IMG/VR virus record: IMGVR_UViG_3300010391_000003
Origin: an uncultured virus (IMG/VR IMGVR_UViG_3300010391_000003)
Taxonomy: Duplodnaviria > Heunggongvirae > Uroviricota > Caudoviricetes
Strand: one strand, 5' to 3'
DNA length: 64,000 nucleotides
This document shows positions 21,944-31,768 of the stretch, in pieces. A model generated the notes under the pieces. The model saw only the letters and a program-made list of their open reading frames with translations, was not told the origin of the DNA and did not search any database. The translations under genes and the position numbers were made by a program. Position 1 is the stretch's first letter; each line of letters opens with the position of its first letter.

Positions 21944-22293
21944 AAACATTTATATAGTATAATGTCAATTACTATTTGCAATTAATATAAGGAGAAATAA
22001 AAATGTTTATCACGACACTCGGATGTAAGCGTGTATTAAATAATGGACATGTAGATCCAGATTCTGGAATATTTGGAGTACTCGAAGAAAAATTGGTTCG
22101 TGTTATTTCAGGAAATATTATTCCAGCAAAATCGAATGCATCATGTAAATGTAGATTGACAGAAATATGTAATATTGATTGTGTTCATGCAATACACTGC
22201 ATAATTTCTGGTGGAAGTGTTTCTTATCTAAATCCAGACAAAAGAATGTAAAGTAAACAATTAGTTTTAAATATAAACATAAATATTAGGTAT

Positions 22294-22926
22294 TTGATGA
22301 CAAAAGAACCAACAAGAAAATGTGGGCATAGAAAAATATCTGGATTATATATGATTTCAGATCCAGGAAATTCTATTTCTTGTATAGCTCTTCCATACAA
22401 TGTTACAACATGTCCGTGTTGTTTTGAGGGAATAAAATTCTCGAGAGGATTTAAGTGGATTGTTCCAAGTAAACTGTTTGTCAACTTAAATGAAAAATGT
22501 TCTGGAACAACAAATAGTACATGTATAGTTGGAAGTATTTGTCCACTAAAAACAGAGAATAAAGCAGGAATAATGTGGGTTGGAGATAAGTTTTATACTC
22601 CTAAAGAATTTACAGAAGAGGCTGAAGACTTCGGAGTCTCGAAGAGGATTTCAGCAGTTCCTAGAGGATTCGAAATAGGAAAGACATGGGTATTTCTTGC
22701 TCACAAGAGGGGAGGAATTGAATCAGGAAAAAAAGTTCCTGCAATATTCTATGTATTTAAGCCAACAAGAGTAGAAAAAGTTGTTACTGAAACTCAATAT
22801 AAAAATAAAGAGGAAATGGAAAATCTTAGAGTTAAAGGTATAATTCCAATTGTTGTCTCAGACGAAGATTATGATCATCGTGGAAGTGCATACGACAGAA
22901 TACATGGGAAAAGTTTATTTGAATAG
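22294..22926 (+). CDS. Cys-rich hypothetical protein
   Basis: 210-aa ORF with several Cys motifs. Confidence 0.55.
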   Translation: MMTKEPTRKCGHRKISGLYMISDPGNSISCIALPYNVTTCPCCFEGIKFSRGFKWIVPSKLFVNLNEKCSGTTNSTCIVGSICPLKTENKAGIMWVGDKFYTPKEFTEEAEDFGVSKRISAVPRGFEIGKTWVFLAHKRGGIESGKKVPAIFYVFKPTRVEKVVTETQYKNKEEMENLRVKGIIPIVVSDEDYDHRGSAYDRIHGKSLFE

Positions 22927-22936
22927 AGGTAAAATA

Positions 22937-23156
22937 ATGGAACATATAACACATAAATTTAATTCTTTATCTGATGAAAAAAACATTGTGTGGAATAAAT
23001 GCAAGAGAAAGATCAGAAGGACATTATATGACTTTATTTCAACTCAATATAACATGCCCAAAATGTAAAGAAATAAGTGATAAAGAAGTAGAACAATTTA
23101 GACAAGAAATGTTTTTAGAAGAAGAAATTAAATTGATAAAACGGAAAGAAACATGA
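22937..23156 (+). pseudogene. Zinc-finger micro-gene frameshifted at an A7 run
   Basis: Removing one A at 22977-22983 joins MEHITHKFNSLSDEK to TLCG...ITCPKC. Confidence 0.5.
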
Positions 23157-23546
23157 ATACAATAATTCTATTTTTATCAACTATAATATTTATACTAATA
23201 ACTATATTTGGAATATTCTTTATGAGACAAGGATTTTCTGTAGGAATATCTATAGGTATAATTTTAATTTTTATTGGGATATTTGGATTATTTTCTATTG
23301 GTTCAACATTTATTGCTGAAGATCAATTAGATAAAACAACAATATGTTCTTATACTGTTGGAAAATCTGATGAATCATGTATGGATACTTATTGGTATAA
23401 CTCTTCAATAGTATCTAATAAATTATTTATGAGTTATATCATAATAGATACTCTTTTTATTTTAATAACATTTAGAGAATTTTTGTTGATAATATCAGAT
23501 ATAGGAATGCTATGAGACCAGAATACTAATATATGGATAATAAATT

Positions 23547-23813
23547 ATGTATTGCTTACATTGTGGAGATTGTTGTTTAAGGATGTCACCTATTTCAAAT
23601 CCGGAACCTTGTCCTCATCTAATTATAGAAAAGAGTAATAATGAAAGATCATATCATTTTTGTGGAATTTATGAAAATAGACCAGAAGAATGTGTAAATC
23701 ATAAATTTCCATTCAGGTTCTGTCCGATAGGAATGTCAATATTTAAATTTGAAGATCCAACAACAATACAAATTCATCTCGAAAATGGTTATCAAAAAAT
23801 AAAGATGTTATAG
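23547..23813 (+). CDS. YkgJ-family CxxCxxCC protein
   Basis: CLHCGDCC...CPHL...CGIYENRPEEC. Confidence 0.8.
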   Translation: MYCLHCGDCCLRMSPISNPEPCPHLIIEKSNNERSYHFCGIYENRPEECVNHKFPFRFCPIGMSIFKFEDPTTIQIHLENGYQKIKML

Positions 23814-23861
23814 AAATATATAAGTATATGAAACATCATTAAGTTATTAAGTGGTAATAAT

Positions 23862-24401
23862 ATGAAATACAATATAATCAATGTAATTGATATAGAATGC
23901 ACGTGTTGGAACAAGTCTAAACCTCAAACAAATATCTCTGAAATCATCGAAATAGGAATATCTGAGTTCGAGGTTGCAACAGGAAACATAATATCTTCTC
24001 ATGGAATATATATCACACCAAAAAATTCTAAAGTTTCAGAATATTGTTATAATCTTACTGGAATTACACAAGAACTTCTTGATAAAGATGCAATATCTTT
24101 CGAAAAGGCTTGTGATATACTCCAGAAACAATATCAATCAAAACAAAGAGTCTGGGCTTCTTATGGACATTATGATCTAAGAATGTTTGAAGATCAGTGT
24201 TATAGAGAAAATATTAATTATCCTTTCGGAGGAAAGTGGATAAATGTAAAAACCTTGTTTGCTCTGAAATGTAAGTTGTCAAAAGAAGTCGGAATGGCTG
24301 ATGCCTTAAAAATTAAAAATATCCAGTTGGAAGGGAGACACCATAGTGGAAAAGATGATTCATATAATATTGCGAAATTATTAAAGGAGATTTTAAAATG
24401 A
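23862..24401 (+). CDS. DEDDh 3'-5' exonuclease (ERI-1/KapD-like)
   Basis: VIDIECTCW, EIIEIG, LTGITQ, GRHHSGKDDS. Confidence 0.9.
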   Translation: MKYNIINVIDIECTCWNKSKPQTNISEIIEIGISEFEVATGNIISSHGIYITPKNSKVSEYCYNLTGITQELLDKDAISFEKACDILQKQYQSKQRVWASYGHYDLRMFEDQCYRENINYPFGGKWINVKTLFALKCKLSKEVGMADALKIKNIQLEGRHHSGKDDSYNIAKLLKEILK

Positions 24402-25228
24402 AATTTATTGATGATATGAAGTGGATAATGGGATTTTTAGCTATAGTATTAGTTTTTTTATATATAGTTTTTCAGATTATTTCTTTTGTAGTTTATACAG
24501 ATGAACAAAATATTAATGAAAAACAGATTAAAAAAGATGCTATTAACAAATTAGGAAAAGAACTAGAGCAACATAAATTTTATTTGAAAGAAACAAAGGT
24601 TGATACTCTGATAAGTGGAAGTATGAAAGGCTCATTTTTGTTTGTGGGAGGATCAATTTATGGAGATGTTAGTGAAAATAAATATCTTAATGTTGTCTAT
24701 TTTGATAATGATATAATAATTGATAATACAACTGAAGTATATAGAATAACAAAATTTAATCTCGAGAATATAGAAATTATTACGATACCAAAAAATGAAA
24801 CACCATATTATAAATATATTGGAAATTCGTGGCAGATGTGTGATTTTGGAGAATATTGTGATTATAAGATAAAGATCGGAAATCCAAGATTATTTTTGTC
24901 AGAAGGCTGGGCAATATTAAATAATTAGGCTTAAGATAAAAAATGACTATATTAGATAAGTTGATGGAAAAGAAAGATCTTAGAGCTTATATAATTTATA
25001 GAATTAAATTTTTGGAACAAGAAAGAGAATCAGAAATATTAAAAACTCCAGAATCAGAACGTGGATTTTTACAAGAAAGATTTCAGGGAAGAATCATTGA
25101 GCTTAAAAAACTTAAAGAAGTATTAGAAAAAGATTTAATAAAAAATCATTCTAAATTATATTACAGAAAAATAAATGAACGAAAATAAAGTACATAGTTT
25201 TATATACTTTAACGTAATATAGTCACCT

Positions 25229-26791
25229 ATGATAAGTAAACAAAAGGATATAAATAACAATAAATTAATTAATAATAGTGATACTTACGATATGTTAAAA
25301 ATAGCACAATCTTTAGCTGACTATGACATTATTTATAATAATCTTCATAAAGAAGACATCGCCAAACCTTTAGAAATTATTAATCAAATTATATATGGTG
25401 AAAATCTTAAGGTTTTAATTAAGATACCTTCAAATTCCGTTCACTTAGTTTATCTCGATCCTCCATTCTTCAGTGGAAGTAATTATCAGGTGGAAAAGAA
25501 GAATGGTAAACATAAACAAATAATAAAGTTTGAAGATGAATGGAGTTGTGATGAAAATGAATATGTTTTAAGAATGTATCAACGTCTTAAAGAACTTCAA
25601 CGTGTTTTAAAACCAGACGGAATAATTTGTTTACATTGTGATAGACACGCTGTTGATTGGCTAAAAATAATAATGGATAAAATATTTGGTTTAAAAAATT
25701 ATCAAACAAGAATAGTCTGGCAAAAAATGTCAGGTTCTTCATTCGGTTCGAAGTCTAACAAAATATATCCAGAAGTATCAGATTATATTTTAATTTATAG
25801 CAAAGGAAATAGGTATATTTATAACACACAATATACACCATATGAAAAAGAATATGAGTCTAAATTCAAAAATCTAGATAATGATCCCAAAGGTAAATAT
25901 ATCTGGCAATATTTTTTTAATAAAGATGAAATTCCATCTGATAGAATTTTAAAATTAAATGAATTGTCAGAAATAAAATTTTTAAGTCGTACAGAAAGTG
26001 GAACATATAAATATAAACGATATTGGAATGATACTACAGATGCAGACGGAAAATTTCAAAGAGGAAATCGAAGAGGAAAACCGTTATCAAATGTTTGGAA
26101 TGATATCTTTAGATTAACAAGTTCAAATGAAGGTCAAGATTATCCAACTCAAAAACCAGAAGCATTGTTAGAAAGAATTATATTATCATTTTCAAATCCA
26201 ACAAATATAATTCTGGATCCTTTCTGTGGTGGAGGAACATCTGTAGCAATGGCTATAAAACATAAACGTAATTTTATTGGAATAGACCAAAGTCCAACTG
26301 CGACAACTATGTCTGCTAATAGAGTTTCAAAATATGATACAACTCCAATAATTCCGACCAGAGAACAAACTGAAATGGATGACGTAAATCTTATGACTCC
26401 GTGGATATTCCAAGAATGGGGAATAGATAAAGTTAATGGAATAACTACCAATCCAAATCCTGGTAAACCTTCTGGTGGAGACGATGGAATAGATGGATAT
26501 GTAAATATTCCTCAGCCGAAAGGATTCGATATACATTTCGAAGAAGAAAAAGATAAAATTATAAGAAATAAGTGGCATGGTGTTCCAATATCTGTTGAAA
26601 AGAGAATTGTTTCTGAAAATGAGGTAGATTCATTTAGAGGAGCGATGAAGAGACACGATAGGAAACTTGGAATATTTATCTCTTTGGGTTATACTCATAC
26701 TAAAGAAAAATTTGTAAAACACGATGATATGGAAATACTTCTCTTGACAGCAGAAGACTTATGTAAAGTCGATAAATATAATTTACAATAA
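25229..26791 (+). CDS. N6A/N4C DNA methyltransferase (beta class) fused to a C-terminal Mrr-like nuclease domain
   Basis: YLDPPF, YPTQKPEALLERII, LDPFCGGGT; C-terminal GGDDGIDG...ISVEK...GIFIS. Confidence 0.85.
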   Translation: MISKQKDINNNKLINNSDTYDMLKIAQSLADYDIIYNNLHKEDIAKPLEIINQIIYGENLKVLIKIPSNSVHLVYLDPPFFSGSNYQVEKKNGKHKQIIKFEDEWSCDENEYVLRMYQRLKELQRVLKPDGIICLHCDRHAVDWLKIIMDKIFGLKNYQTRIVWQKMSGSSFGSKSNKIYPEVSDYILIYSKGNRYIYNTQYTPYEKEYESKFKNLDNDPKGKYIWQYFFNKDEIPSDRILKLNELSEIKFLSRTESGTYKYKRYWNDTTDADGKFQRGNRRGKPLSNVWNDIFRLTSSNEGQDYPTQKPEALLERIILSFSNPTNIILDPFCGGGTSVAMAIKHKRNFIGIDQSPTATTMSANRVSKYDTTPIIPTREQTEMDDVNLMTPWIFQEWGIDKVNGITTNPNPGKPSGGDDGIDGYVNIPQPKGFDIHFEEEKDKIIRNKWHGVPISVEKRIVSENEVDSFRGAMKRHDRKLGIFISLGYTHTKEKFVKHDDMEILLLTAEDLCKVDKYNLQ

Positions 26792-26799
26792 TTTATATA

Positions 26800-27996
26800 A
26801 TGACAGAAAATAAAATCACAAAAAATCAGTGTATAACAATCATATTAATTTTATTTTTTGCTCTGATCCTGAGATTATATCTCTCTCAATTCGGGGGATA
26901 TGAACTTGATGTAAATTGGTTTAAGAATTGGAGTCAAGAAGTTTATAGTAATGGATTTTCTAACTTTTATCAAAATACAAATTCAGATTATCCACCATTT
27001 TATATTTATATCTTATGGGTAATAGGAGCAATAAATAGTCTTACATCTACAAATATAAATCCTTTAATCTTATTTAAATTACCTTCATTTTTTGCAGATA
27101 TTGCAACGTCTTTGTTAATATTTATTATTGTAATTAAATATACATCATATAAAACAGCCTTAATTTCTGTAATATTTTATGCTTTTAATCCTGCAATAAT
27201 TTATAACTCATCAATATGGGGACAAGTAGATTCAATATATACATTCTTATTACTTTTTGCTATTTACGAATTTATATCAGAAAAACCAACAAATTCAGCT
27301 ATATTTTTTGCATTATCAATATTAACAAAACCACAAAGTCTTGTTCTTTTTCCTCTATTTTTAATCTTAGGTTTTAAAAAGTATAAACTCAATGTATTAA
27401 TTAGATCTTCAATAATTTCTTTTGTTGTATTTATACTTTTTGCATTACCTTTTTATGTAAATACCTCAATTTTAGAATTATATAGATTATATACATCATC
27501 ATATATTCAATATCCTTTTACATCATTAAATGCATTTAATTTCTGGGCATTGGTTGGGATGTTTAAACCTGATAACACTATATTTTTATTTTTGACGTAT
27601 AGAATATGGGGATACATACTATTCAGTATTTTCTTTATTTATATAACATACTTTACAATAAAAAATAACAATAACACAATTTTATACTATTCTTCAGTAC
27701 TATTATTTTTAGGATTTTTTATGTTATTTACAAGAATTCACGAAAGATATATGTTCCCAATATTTTCATTTCTTTCTATTGTAATAATATTTGATAGACG
27801 TCTGTATTATGTATATATATTATCTACAATAACATTTTTGGCTAATTTATATCTGGTCTTTGAAGAAATAAAGATGGGGTATGCAATACCATTTAGTATG
27901 TTTATAATTTCTTATTCTATTATTATGAATATAGTAATATTTATATATTTAAATTACTGTTTTATTACATATAATATAGAGGAAAGTAAAATATGA
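26800..27996 (+). CDS. GT-C polytopic membrane glycosyltransferase (mannosyl/glucosyltransferase-like)
   Basis: DYPP, FNPA...SSIWGQVD, KPQ, NAFNFW and HERY motifs; about 10 TM helices. Confidence 0.8.
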   Translation: MTENKITKNQCITIILILFFALILRLYLSQFGGYELDVNWFKNWSQEVYSNGFSNFYQNTNSDYPPFYIYILWVIGAINSLTSTNINPLILFKLPSFFADIATSLLIFIIVIKYTSYKTALISVIFYAFNPAIIYNSSIWGQVDSIYTFLLLFAIYEFISEKPTNSAIFFALSILTKPQSLVLFPLFLILGFKKYKLNVLIRSSIISFVVFILFALPFYVNTSILELYRLYTSSYIQYPFTSLNAFNFWALVGMFKPDNTIFLFLTYRIWGYILFSIFFIYITYFTIKNNNNTILYYSSVLLFLGFFMLFTRIHERYMFPIFSFLSIVIIFDRRLYYVYILSTITFLANLYLVFEEIKMGYAIPFSMFIISYSIIMNIVIFIYLNYCFITYNIEESKI

Positions 27997-29153
27997 CAAA
28001 CTACTTTTTAAATCTAACAGATGATAATATAATTAGAATCTCATTTGCATATAATCCCGAATCAGTTGAATCTGTAAAATCTTTTTCAAATAGAAGTTGG
28101 AACAAAGAGCTTTCTTGTTGGGAAATACCTTTAAGTGTGTGTAATGAGATTCCAAAGGTTTTAGGAGTATATATACCACAAGATATTAAGGAAAGATATG
28201 AATATATTTATAATATAAAACCAATTAAATATGATGAAACTCTTATACGACCAGAAATAAAACCATATAATTTTCAAATTTTAGGAATTGAATTTGGTGC
28301 TTCAAATAAAAATTTTCTTCTTGCAGATGAAGTAGGATTGGGAAAAACATTACAGGCTATTGGTACTGCTCTTCATTTGAATTGTAAGAAAATTATTGTT
28401 GTTTGTCCTTCTTCTGTAAAAGGTCAGTGGCAAAGAGAAATAAATAAATTTACTGATAAAAGTTCTATCATTATAGATGGATCTCAAAAACAACGAGAAC
28501 AACAATATGAAAAAGATGTTATGTTTTATATAGTAAATTATGAATTAATTCTTAGAGATATATCAATCATAAATAAAAGACTTTGGGACATGGTTATAGC
28601 TGATGAGGTTTCAAGAATTAAGAATTGGAAATCAAAGACAAAGACTGCTCTTACAAGAATTAAAACAAATTTTAAAGTTGGTGTTTCAGCAACACCAATA
28701 GAGAACAATATACAAGAACTTCATTCTATTGTTTCTTGGATAAATCCTAATATTTTCGGATCATACTGGAATTTTGTAAATGAATACTGTTATTTCTGCA
28801 ATAATTCATATGGTGGATATCAAGTTACTGGAATAAAGGATGCTAAAAAACTTCACGAAACACTAAAATCTGTAATGATTAGAAGAAAGAAAGCAGAAGT
28901 ATTTAAGGAGTTGCCAGAAATAATCCACAATGAATATTATGTGCCTTTGACACCAACACAAAAACAGATGTATGAAGAAGTCAAAGGAAATATTATGAAT
29001 CTGGTACAAAGAGGAGATATGTCAAACAATATGCTTAATGAGATTATGTATTTGAGAGAAATATGTAATAGTCCTCGACTTCTAAATCCTGACATTATGG
29101 AAAATGGAAAGGTTGATGAGATTGTAGAAATTATTAAACAATTTACAGATTAG
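27993..29153 (+). CDS. SNF2-family helicase, N-terminal part (HARP-like domain + ATPase lobe 1)
   Basis: FAYNPE...RSWNK...WEIP (HARP-like), LLADEVGLGKT, VVCPSS, IADEVSRIKN, ATPIEN, MIRRKK, LREICNSP; ends just before motif IV. Confidence 0.9.
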   Translation: MTNYFLNLTDDNIIRISFAYNPESVESVKSFSNRSWNKELSCWEIPLSVCNEIPKVLGVYIPQDIKERYEYIYNIKPIKYDETLIRPEIKPYNFQILGIEFGASNKNFLLADEVGLGKTLQAIGTALHLNCKKIIVVCPSSVKGQWQREINKFTDKSSIIIDGSQKQREQQYEKDVMFYIVNYELILRDISIINKRLWDMVIADEVSRIKNWKSKTKTALTRIKTNFKVGVSATPIENNIQELHSIVSWINPNIFGSYWNFVNEYCYFCNNSYGGYQVTGIKDAKKLHETLKSVMIRRKKAEVFKELPEIIHNEYYVPLTPTQKQMYEEVKGNIMNLVQRGDMSNNMLNEIMYLREICNSPRLLNPDIMENGKVDEIVEIIKQFTD

Positions 29154-29155
29154 AT

Positions 29156-29725
29156 ATGAATAAATTAAAACTTTCAGATGATTCATTTTATCCATTAATT
29201 CCATCTATTTGTGAATGTGGAAAATGCAATAGAATAATTTTTAAAAGAGGAATAAAATTTATAAGTGGACATAATGCAAATAGAAAAGGAATAAAACAAA
29301 ATCAAGAATGGAAAATTAATAAGTCAAAGATGATGAAGGGAAAACATAATTCACAAAAAACTGAATGGAAGAAGGGTAAAGTTGCATGGAATAAAGGACT
29401 TCATCCATCAATAGAAACAATAGAAAAATTATCTAAATCTCATATAATAGATGGAAGATCTTTCGAACCATATTCTATCGAATTTAATCTTATATTAAAA
29501 GAATCTATTCGTCTTCGTGATTCTTATACATGTCAAATCTGTCACAAAACTCAAGTAGAAAATTTTAAAAAAATTAAAAGAAAATTGTGTATTCATCATG
29601 TAAATTATAATAAAAAAGATAATAGATTAAATAATCTTATTAGTTTATGTGGTTTATGTCATTTAAAAACAAACCACTTTCGTAAATACTACGAACAATA
29701 TTTTGCTTTAATTTTGGATAAGTAA
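29156..29725 (+). CDS. HNH homing endonuclease inserted within the SNF2 helicase
   Basis: IPSICECGKC...FISGH, AWNKG, RDSYTCQIC, IHHVNYNK, LCGLCHLKTN. Confidence 0.9.
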   Translation: MNKLKLSDDSFYPLIPSICECGKCNRIIFKRGIKFISGHNANRKGIKQNQEWKINKSKMMKGKHNSQKTEWKKGKVAWNKGLHPSIETIEKLSKSHIIDGRSFEPYSIEFNLILKESIRLRDSYTCQICHKTQVENFKKIKRKLCIHHVNYNKKDNRLNNLISLCGLCHLKTNHFRKYYEQYFALILDK

Positions 29726-29726
29726 T

Positions 29727-30185
29727 ATGAGAAAAATAATATTATTTACACAATGGAAAAAATTTGGTGATCTTCTATGTGAAGCCTTCAAAGAAAATCA
29801 ATGGAATTATATTTTTGTTCATGGAGGTTTAACTTTTGAAGAAAGAGAATCTTCACTTCAAGAATTTGAACATGATGAAAATATTAAAATATTAATAACA
29901 ACTGATTGTTTATCATATGGATGTAATCTACAGTTTGCAGATGTTTTAATCCATTGTGACTTATTGTGGAATCCACAAAAAATGATACAAAGGGAAGGAA
30001 GAGTTCATAGAATAGGTCAAAAAAATGTTGTAAATGTTATAACAGTTATGACAGAAGGAACAATAGAAGAAAAAGTTTATTTATTATTAAAATCAAAGTC
30101 TGATTTATTTAATCAGATTATAGAAGATGAAAATAGTTTAAAATTTAATATGGATGTTATAAGAAAGATATTCAAAGATAAATAG
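29727..30185 (+). CDS. SNF2-family helicase, C-terminal part (HELICc)
   Basis: KIILFTQW (motif IV), GCNLQFAD, WNP...QREGRVHRIGQ, TIEEK. Confidence 0.9.
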   Translation: MRKIILFTQWKKFGDLLCEAFKENQWNYIFVHGGLTFEERESSLQEFEHDENIKILITTDCLSYGCNLQFADVLIHCDLLWNPQKMIQREGRVHRIGQKNVVNVITVMTEGTIEEKVYLLLKSKSDLFNQIIEDENSLKFNMDVIRKIFKDK

Positions 30186-30972
30186 ATAATTATTATTTAT
30201 TAAAAATATGTTTATATACTATTAAATTGAATATATGTCTATTGTAAATAGACAGTGATATTATGAATAAAAAAGAAATTAACGAACAAATTTCTGGATT
30301 GGAACAATACATAATCTGTCAAAATGAATCAACAGATATCATAAATGAACTAAGATCAAATAATGGGGAGATTCATTATGATAACTGAAGAAAGGTTAAA
30401 AGAGTCACAAGAAGATATATTATTTTTTGAGAAGAAGAGTAACAAACTATTATCTGACATTTTTAAGAACTCAAACTGGTATCCAGAATGTCACAACGAT
30501 CCCAATAAAACGAAATGCGACCATTGTATGGACTGCTGGGCAATAAATTGCAATCGTTCAAATTGTGACAGAGTGGGAAGATGTATGTGTCGAGGAACAG
30601 ATTGTATTTGCCTTGGAAGAAGCTGATCTATAGAAAGATATATAAACTAATAGTTACTATTTAAGATATATGAAAATAATAAATATTCTTACAGGGAGTG
30701 CTTTAATATTAATAGGAATAGCAATAGGATATGTAGATTATTATATAGTGTCTTTATTTTATGAGGTTTCTCTTTGGTTATCAGGACTTGTGAATGCACC
30801 TGGAGTGGTTGCAGTATTAATAACATTAATATTAATGTTTTTCTTTATTACAATACTTGTATTAATATTAATTGTTGCAATAATTTTAATCGTTGTTGGG
30901 TTATTAATGATAATTTCAAATTAAACAATCAATAACATAATTATTAAATATGTTTATTTAACTTATTTTATA

Positions 30973-30988
30973 GAAAGATTTATATCTT
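30973..30988 (+). promoter_or_regulatory. BRE/TATA promoter for the 63-nt RNA
   Basis: GAAAGATTTATATCTT; TATA box ends about 24 nt before G31010; no ORF starts at that position. Confidence 0.6.
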
Positions 30989-31009
30989 AATCAGTAGTTA
31001 TTTGTATTT

Positions 31010-31072
31010 GCTTGCGAGAGAAGTAAAATCTGTCCTCGTATTATTGCCTAAAACTATTTTTGCCTCGCAAGC
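31010..31072 (+). ncRNA. Candidate 63-nt small RNA (copy B) with anti-Shine-Dalgarno loop
   Basis: GCTTGCGAG/CTCGCAAGC 9-bp closing stem, own TATA box, followed by TCTTTTT; loop contains GTCCTCGTATTA. Confidence 0.6.
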
Positions 31073-31768
31073 TCTTTTTGTATAATTATGTTTTAATATA
31101 GGAAACCTTTATATTCTTATAAGTCTATTATAAAATAGGAGATAAAAATTATGAATCAATGTATTATTGAGGGTTGTCCAAACGAAGCAGAACTTATTGC
31201 TAAGTCTGGAGGGAGATTATATTTTTCGTGTAAAAAACATAAGAAAGAAGTCGGACAAATAGTTGTGTCTGAACATACAAAAGAAGAGTTGAGAAAAGTT
31301 AAGGTCATCGGTGATATTCTTTATCCAAATGAAAAGACACCAGATTAGATGAAATTATAAAATATAATATATGTCAACAGAGCCTAAATTCATACAAACA
31401 AATCTATTTGGTTCTTCTATTATTCCTACAATAGTTCCAAAGAAAATAAGACCTGTGTTATCTGAGGATGAAAAACATAGAAGAAGGGAGAAAGAAGAAG
31501 CACATATTGCTTGGAAACTTTTAAAATCAAATAGATTTAGAGAACTTTTAACAGAAAGACAAAAATTTCTTTTACAAAAATATTATGGCATAATATTATG
31601 AAAATTATCATAAAGATTTTAAAATTAAACAAATATCTTTATAAGTAAATGAGAATATTTGTGTGTTATACTCACTTCTTCTTTTTAGGAGAATGAATTA
31701 TTATGTGGCTTTTAACCACATCTTTTGTAAAGAAAAATAAATAAAAATGTACGAGGTAATCGATAAAT

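Noticed and set aside
29148..29732. Group I intron, intein or ribosomal bypass explaining the split helicase
   Set aside because: No space for a ribozyme core and no intein termini; the matching GAT landing codon (29717) is followed by AAG-TAA; no convincing bulge-helix-bulge found by eye
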